Below, piece by piece: positions 1 to 8,471 of a stretch of DNA of 64,000 nucleotides. Position 1 is the first letter of the stretch. Every line of letters starts with the position of its first letter. Position numbers and translations under genes: made by a program. The notes beneath the pieces are model-generated. The model was not told the origin of the DNA, did no database searches, and saw nothing but the letters and a program-made list of their open reading frames with translations. Origin of the DNA: an uncultured Gemmatimonadales bacterium (GTDB lineage Bacteria; Gemmatimonadota; Gemmatimonadetes; Longimicrobiales; RSA9); NCBI GenBank assembly GCA_963816355.1, contig CAWFKH010000004.1, positions 64,001-128,000 on the forward strand. Direction: 5' to 3'.

Positions 1-918
1 CACGACGCCGACTACGACGTCCGCCTGCTGCACCGGGACTTCGGCATCGCCGTGGGCGGTCTCTTCGATACGAAGATCGCGGCGCAGTTCCTGGGCGAGC
101 CGGCGATCGGACTCGCCAGCCTGCTGGAGAAGTACGTCGGCATCGTGCTCGAGAAGAAGTACCAGCGCGCGGACTGGGCGCGCCGCCCGCTGCCGCCGGA
201 GATGCTCGCCTACGCGGCGAAGGACACCGAGCACCTGCCGCCGCTGCGCGACGCGCTCCGCGCCGAGCTGGAGGCGCGCGGCCGCCTCGCCTGGGCGGAG
301 GAGGAGTTCCGGCTCATCGAGGCGCTGCGCTGGGAGCCGACGGAGCAGCCGGATGAAGCGTATCTTCGAATGAAGGGGACGCGCGACTTCACGCCCCGCC
401 AGCTCGCCGCGCTGCGCGAGCTCTACGACTGGCGCGAGGAGGAAGCGCGCGAGCGCGACGCCGCTCCCTTCCGCGTCGTGTTGAACGAAGTCCTGCTCTC
501 GGTCGCACGCACGCTGCCCGCGAGCCGGGAGGCGCTGCAGGACGAGGCCGGCATCTCGTCCGGGCTGGCGAGGCGGTGGGGCGGCGACCTCCTCGACGGC
601 GTCTCCCGGGCGCTGCGCGTGCCGGAGGCGGAGCTGCCGCGCCGCCCGCGCCGGGGCGCGCGGCCGCCGCGCGATCCGGAGCTGGACGCCATCGTCGACC
701 GGCTGCGCGCCGCGCGCGACGGCGGCGCGCGGGAGCTGGGGCTCGATCGCGGGTTCCTCATGCCGCGCTCGCAGCTCGAGGAGATCGGCCGCGCGCGGCC
801 GGCGTCGCGGACGGCGCTGGAGGCGGTCGCCAGCGTGCGCCGCTGGCAGGTGGACGCCCTCGGCGATCGCCTGCTCGCCGCGCTACAATCAACACGTACG
901 GGGAGCGCCGGCGCCTGA
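1..918 (+). CDS. rnd: Ribonuclease D (3'-5' exonuclease + HRDC), 5' end outside window
   Basis: Frame 1 is open from base 1 (HDADYDVRLL..LFDTKIAAQFLG, DWARRPL, YAAKD); C-terminal HRDC-like region WREEEARERDAAPFRVV. Confidence 0.9.
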   Translation, partial: HDADYDVRLLHRDFGIAVGGLFDTKIAAQFLGEPAIGLASLLEKYVGIVLEKKYQRADWARRPLPPEMLAYAAKDTEHLPPLRDALRAELEARGRLAWAEEEFRLIEALRWEPTEQPDEAYLRMKGTRDFTPRQLAALRELYDWREEEARERDAAPFRVVLNEVLLSVARTLPASREALQDEAGISSGLARRWGGDLLDGVSRALRVPEAELPRRPRRGARPPRDPELDAIVDRLRAARDGGARELGLDRGFLMPRSQLEEIGRARPASRTALEAVASVRRWQVDALGDRLLAALQSTRTGSAGA

Positions 919-951
919 GCCGGCGGACGCACCGAGAAGGGGGAAGAGCGA

Positions 952-1317
952 ATGGGGTGGGAGATCCTGGAGCGTGAAGACCTGTCCGTCTACGTCGTCG
1001 CCGGCGTGCCGCGCAGCTTCAAGCGCAAGCTGCAGAAGTTCGTGGAGACGGAAGCGAAATCGAACGGCGACGTCATGCTCGTCGACGACGAGTTCACGGA
1101 CTGGATGCTGGCGCGGCTGAACAACGAAAAGCGGCGGCGCTCCGACCGCACACCCGCGAGCTCCGCCCTCTGGCGCGCGTTCTCCGCCCTCAGCGCCGCC
1201 CGCTACCACCTCAAGGACCAGCCCCAAGAGGAGGAGCGCGTCCGCACCATGCGACAGCAGGTGGAGGAGCTGTGGAGGGAGCTCAGTCCGATGTTTGAGG
1301 AGGAAGAGGAGGAGTGA
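952..1317 (+). CDS. Hypothetical protein (121 aa)
   Basis: Purine-rich RBS before ATG, normal codon usage, acidic C-terminal tail. Confidence 0.75.
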   Translation: MGWEILEREDLSVYVVAGVPRSFKRKLQKFVETEAKSNGDVMLVDDEFTDWMLARLNNEKRRRSDRTPASSALWRAFSALSAARYHLKDQPQEEERVRTMRQQVEELWRELSPMFEEEEEE

Positions 1318-1329
1318 GGGTGGGTTCCG

Positions 1330-1490
1330 GCGGGTCTGGGGTCTGCGGAGGGGGTCTGCGGGGGGTCTGGGGTACGGGGGTCTGCGGGGGGCGCCTGCCG
1401 GCGGGGGTACGGGGGTCTGCGGGGGGTCTGGGGTACGGGGGTCTGCGGGGGGCGCCTGCCGGCGGGGGTCGCGGGTCTGCCGGGGGGGGC
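1330..1490 (+). repeat. G-rich dispersed intergenic repeat cluster (GGGGTCTGCGGGGGGTCTGGGGTACGGGGGTCTG family)
   Basis: Same motif recurs near 11.5k, 13.8k (inverted) and 44.5k. Confidence 0.85.
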
Positions 1491-1509
1491 GAGGGTGCCC
1501 GCAGTCCAA

Positions 1510-1600
1510 CCCGCAGTTGAATCCCGCAGTTGAATCCCGCAGTTGAATCCCGCAGTTGAATCCCGCAGTTGAATCCCGCAGTTGAATCCCGCAGTTCAAT
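1510..1600 (+). repeat. 13-bp tandem repeat CCCGCAGTTGAAT
   Basis: Six perfect copies at 1510-1587, one variant at 1588-1600, degenerate flanking copies. Confidence 0.95.
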
Positions 1601-1629
1601 CCCGCAGTCCGTTCAATCCCGCCGTCGAC

Positions 1630-2103
1630 TCAAAACGGATCAAACCCAAACGCATAATAATCACTCCCCCTCCCCTCCACGCCCTCCGCCGCCTCCGCCA
1701 ACTCCGCGACGATCGCGGCGTCCTCTCCCGCGCCCTCGGCCGCCTGCCCGATCGAGCCGAGCAGGCGGCGCACCTCCTCCGGACGGAGCAGCACGTAGGC
1801 GCGCGGTTCGGGGCTCTCGCCGCGCGGCTGCACCACCAGGTTGACGAGATCGGTCTCGCGGGAAATCTTCCACACGTCGGCGGTCTTCTTGAGCAGCTTG
1901 TCCGCCGTCTTGACACCGGTGTGGAGGGAGCGTACCAGCTTCTGCAGCTCGCGGTCCGCGGCTTCCTCGCGCTGGCGGCCGTAGCGGCGCGCGAGCGTGT
2001 CGGGCGGGCCCTCCTCGCGCCGGCCCGCGGCCTCGGTGAGGACGTCGCCTACGTAGGCGTAGATGCCGAGGACCAGCGGGATCGGATCGATCGCGACTCG
2101 CAT
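1630..2103 (-). CDS. Hypothetical protein
   Basis: ATG at 2103 with GAGGAG upstream (MRVAIDPIPLVLGIY...FGFDPF). Confidence 0.75.
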   Translation of the reverse strand: MRVAIDPIPLVLGIYAYVGDVLTEAAGRREEGPPDTLARRYGRQREEAADRELQKLVRSLHTGVKTADKLLKKTADVWKISRETDLVNLVVQPRGESPEPRAYVLLRPEEVRRLLGSIGQAAEGAGEDAAIVAELAEAAEGVEGRGSDYYAFGFDPF

Positions 2104-2264
2104 GTACGCTCGCTCCTCAGGGAGTGGGTGCCGGGACCGGCCGCCGCGCGTCTCGCAAGCGGAAGACGGCGAGGCCCGTGATGAGGCCGCGCGACACCGT
2201 GACGGCCGCGCGGCGGGTACCGATGATGCTTGCAGCAATAATCGTTCGTCAACCAGGAGCCGGA

Positions 2265-2639
2265 ATGGTGCGTTTCGGAAGGTTCACGCTCGCGGCGGCG
2301 GCCGCGCTGACGCTCGCGGGCTGCAAGGACGTCGGCCTCCAGGGGAACGTGCCGCTGGCGGATGCGGTCGACCGCGCCCCCAAACCGCTCGTACAGCAGA
2401 CGACGCCGCTCCACCCGGCGCCCGCCGCGGGCGCGCCGCAAGCGTTCCGCCTGGACAGCGCGACGTGGGTGGCGAGCGACACCGAGCTGAAGGTGGGCGA
2501 CGGAGACGTGCACGAGGTCGCGACCGTCGATGGCACCGCCGTCTACGCGCTCCGCTGGGACGACTCGCCCTACGACCGCTTGCTCGCGAAGCGGCCGCAG
2601 GGCGGCTATCAGCAGTACGACAAGGTGATCGGCCGCTGA
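2265..2639 (+). CDS. Putative lipoprotein
   Basis: AGGAG RBS; signal peptide with lipobox LAGC. Confidence 0.75.
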   Translation: MVRFGRFTLAAAAALTLAGCKDVGLQGNVPLADAVDRAPKPLVQQTTPLHPAPAAGAPQAFRLDSATWVASDTELKVGDGDVHEVATVDGTAVYALRWDDSPYDRLLAKRPQGGYQQYDKVIGR

Positions 2640-2667
2640 GGCTCGCCGCTCGCCGGGCGCCGGCGGC

Positions 2668-4593
2668 TCATCGGCTCCACCGGTTGTCCACGGTGTCGGC
2701 GTCCATCCAGATGCCGCCGTCGACGACGAGGCCGGCCAGCGCCCCCGCGCCGGTGAGCCGGATCTCCGCCCGCCGTGTGTCCTGCCGCCAGACGGCGGCG
2801 CTCTCGTGCACGGTGCGTTCGCGGCCATCGTCGTAGCGCAGGCGCAGGTCGAAGGGGGCGGGCAGGCCTCCGACGTTGTCGATGGCGACGGTGTAGCCGT
2901 CGCCGTCGCGGCGCACGTCGGCGACGGCGAGGTCGATGGTGCCGGCGGCGAAATACCAGGCGCTCCAGAACCAGTCGAGATCGCGGCCGGCGGCGGCGTC
3001 GAAGGTGTAGAAGAAGTCCCACGGCGTGGGGTGCTTGCCGTGCCAGCGGCTCATGTAGGCGTGCAGCGCGGCGGCGAAGGTGGAGTCCCCGAGCATGTCC
3101 CTCAGCGCGATGTAGCCGAGCGCCGCCTTGCCGTAGGCGTTGTAGCCGTAGGCCGAGCCGGTGAGCCCGTCGGCGGGGGTGACGATCGGCAGCTCGGCGG
3201 CGGGCGAGGTGTCGGCGATCCAGCGCCGCACGCGGAAGCGGCGGAAGAAGTCGTCCGCCGCCGGCCTCCCCCGGTCGGCCACGTTCATGAAGTACTCGAA
3301 GGTCGTGGCCCACCCCTCGTCCATGAACGCGTAGCGCGTCTCGTCGATCCCCATGTAGAACGGCATGTAGGTGTGGGCGATCTCGTGGTTCGCGACGAAG
3401 CGCGCCATCGCGCTGTCGGCGTACGACTCGTCGTTCGCCATCATCGGGTACTCCATGCCGGCGCCGCCCTGGAATTCCGTCGTCTTCGCGTACGGGTACG
3501 GCACGCCCGGCCAGCGGTGCGACAGATAGTCGAGCGCGTGGCGGCCGAACTGCACCATGTGGTGGAAGTCGGCGGCCGTGTCGTGGTAGGCCGCCTGCAC
3601 GCCGGCGCGGCGGCGCGCGGCGTCGTCGACCCGCACGCTCGCGGCGTCCCAGTCGTAGTGGTCGCTCACGCCGAAGGCGACGTCCGGCACGTCGCGCGAC
3701 GCGAAGCGCCACACGTTCGGCGCGCCGCGCCGCGTCACCGCGCCGGAGGCGAGCTCGGCCGCCGTCGCCACGTGGATCGTGGTGTCCGAGGAGAACGACG
3801 CGCGCAGACGCCGCGCGTACGCGGGCCGCAGCACGGAGTCCGGGTCCTGCAGCGCGCCGGTGCCCCAGACGACGAAGCCGGGCGGCACGCGGACGGCGAC
3901 GTCGTAGTCGTTGAAGTCGCTGTAGAACTCGTGGCCGGTGTGCTCCATGCGGTCCCAGCCGTCCACGTCGTCGTAGACGGAGACGCGGGGATAGAAGTAG
4001 GCGAGGAAGAAGGTGGTCGAGTCGATCATCCCTTCGCGCCCCGCCTGCACGGACACGTCGTAGTGCCAGCGGAACGAGAGGCGCACGGAGTCGTGGGGGA
4101 GCAGCGGCGAGGGCAGCCGCGCATCCTGCCACGTGAAGGAGCGGCGGCTCGCGCGCCATGGCTGCGGCCGTCCGTCGACGGCGAAGGCGTCGATCTGGAC
4201 GCCGGCGGTGAGGAACTCCGGCGAGGTGCCGCCGGCGCGCGGCGCGCCGGGCTCGTGGTAGTTCTGGAAGAGCCGGATCACCAGGCTGGAGAGCGTGTCC
4301 GGGCTTTCGTTCACGTACGTGATGCGCTCCTCGCCCGCCACGCGGCGGTCCGGCGGCGCGACCGCGAGGGTGATCTCGTAGCGGCCGTGGTTCTGCCAGT
4401 ATCGCGGCCCCGGCCGCCCGTCCAGCGTCCGCGTCCCCTTCGCCACCGCCAGCTTCACGTCGCGCGGCATGTAGAGCGCCGGCTGCGGCGGCGATGGCTG
4501 CGGCGGCGAGGGCAGCAGCGGCAGCGACAGCAGCGCGAGCAGAGCGAGCTTCGTCGCGAGGATTCCCGTACCGTCGAACGGCGCACCGGTCAT
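2668..4593 (-). CDS. Secreted M1-family zinc aminopeptidase
   Basis: GAGMEYP exopeptidase motif, HEIAH...MDEG zinc motif, signal peptide, AGGAAGG RBS. Confidence 0.9.
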   Translation of the reverse strand: MTGAPFDGTGILATKLALLALLSLPLLPSPPQPSPPQPALYMPRDVKLAVAKGTRTLDGRPGPRYWQNHGRYEITLAVAPPDRRVAGEERITYVNESPDTLSSLVIRLFQNYHEPGAPRAGGTSPEFLTAGVQIDAFAVDGRPQPWRASRRSFTWQDARLPSPLLPHDSVRLSFRWHYDVSVQAGREGMIDSTTFFLAYFYPRVSVYDDVDGWDRMEHTGHEFYSDFNDYDVAVRVPPGFVVWGTGALQDPDSVLRPAYARRLRASFSSDTTIHVATAAELASGAVTRRGAPNVWRFASRDVPDVAFGVSDHYDWDAASVRVDDAARRRAGVQAAYHDTAADFHHMVQFGRHALDYLSHRWPGVPYPYAKTTEFQGGAGMEYPMMANDESYADSAMARFVANHEIAHTYMPFYMGIDETRYAFMDEGWATTFEYFMNVADRGRPAADDFFRRFRVRRWIADTSPAAELPIVTPADGLTGSAYGYNAYGKAALGYIALRDMLGDSTFAAALHAYMSRWHGKHPTPWDFFYTFDAAAGRDLDWFWSAWYFAAGTIDLAVADVRRDGDGYTVAIDNVGGLPAPFDLRLRYDDGRERTVHESAAVWRQDTRRAEIRLTGAGALAGLVVDGGIWMDADTVDNRWSR

Positions 4594-4630
4594 CGAGCGT
4601 CCTTCCTTTCCCGTGGTGGCCGGGGCGCGC

Positions 4631-5497
4631 TCACGCCCCCGCCATGAAGTCGTAGTCGACCACCTCGCCGATCCGGCGGTAGCCGATCCGTGCGTAGATC
4701 GCGTTCGACGTGGGATTGCCCAGGTCCGTGTACAGGAAGCAGCACCGCAAGCCCTCGTCCAGGCAGAGCTGGCTGAGCGCCGCCACGCACGTCGACGCGT
4801 AGCCGCGGCCGCGCAGGCCGCGGGGCGTGTAGACGTAGCCGATGCGCGCGCCGTGGGGCGTGCGGCCCACGCGGGCCGCAAGCGAGCGGGCGCCATCGTC
4901 GTCCCACAGGTACACCTCGCCGCGCTCGACGCGCTCGTGAGCGCGCACATCGGCGCGCGGGTCCGCAAGTCCCATCTCCTCGACCGCCCGGCCGATCCAG
5001 TCGACGACGAGGTCGACATCGTCCGCGCCGGCGACGCGCAGCCGTCCGGCCGCCGGCCGCGCCGGAGGCACCACGCGATCCAGCTCGTAGAGGCCCTGCG
5101 GCCGGCCGCGGCTCGGCCTCGCCCGGCGCGCGGCCGCCCACGCTTCGGCGAAGGCGCGGGCGGCCGACTCGGGTCCCATCACCGCGGGCAGCCAGGCGTA
5201 GACGCGGGCGACGTCGTCGGCGAGCGCGGGCGCGGCGGCCGCCGGCATGCGGGTCAGGCCGAGTTTGTACGGAGGCGTGCGGAAGGCGCAGCCCGCCACC
5301 TCGTCACCGCGCTCGATCGTGGCGAGGTAGACCGGCGGCTGAGCGGAGGCGGACCGCTGGACGAGGGCGGCGGCGATGCCGAGGATCAGGTTGTGCTCCG
5401 CCTCGCGGCGAAGCAGCCAGGGCCCGGCGCGCTCGAGGAAGGCGGCGGCGTCCGGGTGGCGGCGCACGGTGCAGGTCGGCGCGACGGCGCCCTCCAC
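4631..5497 (-). CDS. GNAT-family N-acetyltransferase
   Basis: VYTPRGLRGRGYAS acetyl-CoA motif; LYTDLGNPTSNAIYARIGY. Confidence 0.9.
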   Translation of the reverse strand: MEGAVAPTCTVRRHPDAAAFLERAGPWLLRREAEHNLILGIAAALVQRSASAQPPVYLATIERGDEVAGCAFRTPPYKLGLTRMPAAAAPALADDVARVYAWLPAVMGPESAARAFAEAWAAARRARPSRGRPQGLYELDRVVPPARPAAGRLRVAGADDVDLVVDWIGRAVEEMGLADPRADVRAHERVERGEVYLWDDDGARSLAARVGRTPHGARIGYVYTPRGLRGRGYASTCVAALSQLCLDEGLRCCFLYTDLGNPTSNAIYARIGYRRIGEVVDYDFMAGA

Positions 5498-5507
5498 GGT
5501 CCGCGGC

Positions 5508-5666
5508 TCAGTAGAGGCGGGTTGCGAGGCGCCGGCCGAGATACATGCCCAGCCCGGTCCCCACCATGCTGACGACGAACGCGGTCAGGATCGAGACCGG
5601 CGCGCCTACGTACCAGCCCACCGTGCCGCCGATCGTGGCTCCTGTCCAGCCGAGGATCTTCTGCAT
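5508..5666 (-). CDS. Small Gly-rich membrane protein (52 aa)
   Basis: GGAGG RBS; two hydrophobic Gly-rich segments. Confidence 0.75.
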   Translation of the reverse strand: MQKILGWTGATIGGTVGWYVGAPVSILTAFVVSMVGTGLGMYLGRRLATRLY

Positions 5667-5817
5667 CGCCGCGCCTCCCCGCGTTCCACTCGCCGCTCCG
5701 GCGCGTCGCCGCGAGGCGACGTCCGGCGGAGGACCAATATATCCGCCTGGACCCGGTACGGGCACGGGTCGCCCCGCCGGCCTGCACGATCCCCCGCCCA
5801 CGCCTTACCTTGTCACC

Positions 5818-7638
5818 ATGTCGACCCGGAACCGATGCACCTGGGTGGGGACGCTCGCCACGATCGCCGCGGTGGCGACGGCGGCGGTGGCGACGACCCC
5901 GGCGCCGGCCGCCGCGCAGGCGCTCGCGCCGCACCTGACGGGGGACGTCGGGGTGGACCCGGCGCAGGGCCTGCTCCACGGTTCGCTCTGCCTGTCCGGC
6001 TTCGACGCGCGAACGCCGGTGCGCTTCCTCCTCGCCGCGCCGCTCAACGTCAAGGCGGTGACCGACACGGCGGGCAACGAGCTCCAGTGGGGCGAGGTGT
6101 CGGAGCCGCGCACCGTGGGCGAGGCGCGCGAGTACCTGGCGCAGGCGCCGTCGAAGGAGCCGCTCACCTCGATGTGCGTGCAGTTCCGCGGCGCCGTCCC
6201 GGTCTACGAGACGAATTCCGCGAGATCCGACTGGAAGGGCCGCATCGCCGCGACCCACGGCACCCTCCGCGCGGCGGAGCAGACGCGCTGGTACCCGACG
6301 CTCTTCGACTCCGCGGCGGCGACGGCGGTGACCGACGTCACCTACCGGCTCCACGTGGCGTGCGCGACGTGCCGCGCGCTGTACGTCAACGGCGCGCCCG
6401 TCGTCGTCGACACGAGTGGAAGCTTCGCGTCCACGGTGCCGCGGGCGCCGCTCCTCTTCGTCGGTGACTTCGACGTACGGAAGACGCCGGCGCTCACCTT
6501 CCTCGGCGGCTCGGCGGACAGCGCCACGGCGCACGTCTTCACCGACGCGTTCGATCGCATCTCCGGCTATTACGCGAAGCTGCTCGGCATCCCGTACGGC
6601 GATCACCCGGTGCTGCTTTCGTTCTACTCCGTGTCGCAGCGGTATCCGCCCGGTCAGGTGAGCTGGCAGTTCGTGACCTGGCCGACGATCACCTTCTCCG
6701 GCGGCATCGACTTCGGCCGCCTCGTCGAGAACGCCGACGGCGGGCGGCTGCCGGACTGGCTGTGGAAGTCGCTCAGCCACGAGATGGGCCACTACTACTT
6801 CGGCACGCTCCACATGCCGCACGGTCCGCTCTTCTGGCCAGTCCTGGAATCGACGGCGGAGTACCTGTCGCTGAAGTCCGCAGCCCATTTCCGCGGCGAC
6901 CTCAGCCTCTACGCCTCGGTGGCGCGGGACCTGGCCGCGATCGACACGAGCCTCACGCCGCTGAACCGCGTGAGCGCCCAGGGCGAGGTCACCTCCGCGT
7001 ACCGCTACCAGGTCGCGCCGCTCTACCTCCTCGAGCTCGACCACGCCGTCGGCGAGGCGAAGGTGGCCGCGATGCTGCGCGCGCTCGCCCGCTCACCCGA
7101 CGCCGAGACCGCCGACTGGGACCAGCTCGTGCGCGCCGCCCGCACCGCCGGCATCACGGAGGCGCAACTCACCGCCGCGATGGCGCCAGACGCCGTCCGG
7201 CGCGACCTCTCCGCGCGCGTCGAGCGCACGCTCGCGACCGCGGCCGACACGGCGGATCCAGACGTCGTCGTCAACGCGATCGCGTCCCTGATCGGCACGG
7301 ACACGACCAGCGCCGGCCGGCTTCGTCTCGTGCCGCTGTTGCAGAAGGTCGTCGCGCGCGATCCGGGCGCCATGGGGGCGTACTACCAGATCGGCAAGAT
7401 CGGCGCGCTCACCGGGAAGGAGCTCGACGCGGCGACGCGGGCGCTCGAGCGCTACCTGAGCGAGCCGGCGCAGCCGGGCCAGCCGAGCCACGGCGCGGCC
7501 GAGTGGCGCCTCGGCATGATCGCGGAGGCGAGGGGCGACCTCACGCGCGCGAAGGAGATGTACGCGCGGGCCGTGGAGCACGACCCGTCGCTCGGCGACG
7601 CGGCCGCCGCCCTGGACCGGCTGCGCTCGGCGAAGTAG
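5818..7638 (+). CDS. Secreted gluzincin metallopeptidase with C-terminal TPR repeats
   Basis: Signal peptide, HEMGH...ES motif, TPR-like helices (AYYQIGKIGA, AEWRLGMIAEARGD). Confidence 0.8.
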   Translation: MSTRNRCTWVGTLATIAAVATAAVATTPAPAAAQALAPHLTGDVGVDPAQGLLHGSLCLSGFDARTPVRFLLAAPLNVKAVTDTAGNELQWGEVSEPRTVGEAREYLAQAPSKEPLTSMCVQFRGAVPVYETNSARSDWKGRIAATHGTLRAAEQTRWYPTLFDSAAATAVTDVTYRLHVACATCRALYVNGAPVVVDTSGSFASTVPRAPLLFVGDFDVRKTPALTFLGGSADSATAHVFTDAFDRISGYYAKLLGIPYGDHPVLLSFYSVSQRYPPGQVSWQFVTWPTITFSGGIDFGRLVENADGGRLPDWLWKSLSHEMGHYYFGTLHMPHGPLFWPVLESTAEYLSLKSAAHFRGDLSLYASVARDLAAIDTSLTPLNRVSAQGEVTSAYRYQVAPLYLLELDHAVGEAKVAAMLRALARSPDAETADWDQLVRAARTAGITEAQLTAAMAPDAVRRDLSARVERTLATAADTADPDVVVNAIASLIGTDTTSAGRLRLVPLLQKVVARDPGAMGAYYQIGKIGALTGKELDAATRALERYLSEPAQPGQPSHGAAEWRLGMIAEARGDLTRAKEMYARAVEHDPSLGDAAAALDRLRSAK

Positions 7639-7668
7639 GCGGCGGCGCACCCCCATTGCCGGTCCGCC

Positions 7669-8184
7669 CTACCCTGCCGTCCGCAGCACGACGAAGATCG
7701 CCGTCCCGCCGAACGTGTCGTTGCCCTGCAAGCGGACCGCGCCGTTCAAGCGGACGGCCTGGAACGTCAGGTCGCGGAAGAACGTGTCCGCGTCCTGCGT
7801 GAACGTCACCTCGTTCGTCGCGTCGTCGAAGTCGAACGTGCCGTCGAGACTCACGTCCAGGTCCGAGCCATCGTCGTTGCCGCCGGGGACGAAGAGCCGA
7901 CCGGTCGTCGTGCCGGCGTCGTCCAGCGTGATCGCCAGCGTCGCTCCCGCGGCGAGCAGGTCCGTCGTGACTCCGCCCGTCGTCGCCGTGAGAGACTCCG
8001 CCGTGAAAGCGTCCGTGACGTCGTCGCGCGTGATCGCGTCCGGGCCGATCATGTCCTCGCCGCCGCAGCCACCCAGCCCCACGAGCAGCGCGACGCCGGA
8101 GACGACAAGCGCCCTGTAGCGGCTTCCGGCCCTGCGGCGGCACGGGTCCCTGCGGCGGCTCCTCCTGCCGATCCCTGCCTTCAT
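7669..8184 (-). CDS. Putative lipoprotein (start uncertain)
   Basis: LLVGLGGC lipobox-like motif; beta-rich acidic mature part. Confidence 0.65.
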   Translation of the reverse strand: MKAGIGRRSRRRDPCRRRAGSRYRALVVSGVALLVGLGGCGGEDMIGPDAITRDDVTDAFTAESLTATTGGVTTDLLAAGATLAITLDDAGTTTGRLFVPGGNDDGSDLDVSLDGTFDFDDATNEVTFTQDADTFFRDLTFQAVRLNGAVRLQGNDTFGGTAIFVVLRTAG

Positions 8185-8471
8185 CCCCGGTCCTCCCGTC
8201 GCACGTGCGGTGTGAAGAACGCCTCGCGCGGCCGGATCGCCGGAAACGGACGGCGGACGCGAGACTCCGTCTCGTCGAATTGAACCCGGGCTCCCGCCAC
8301 GGTCAACCGCCCGCTCGCACCCGGGTCTGCAGCGTACCGAGCACCGAGGGGGCGCTCTCACGCCCCCTCCGGCCCGGCATCAGGCCGCCGTCCCCCCGAC
8401 CCCACCCCGGCGGTGCGGTCCGCGTTCCCGGTTGCGCGGTGCCGCCGTCCGCCGACCCCCCGCCCGCTACC

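Noticed and set aside
1498..1625. Possible CRISPR array (contains GTTGAA)
   Set aside because: The 13-bp units are directly adjacent with no spacers, and there are no cas genes in the window.
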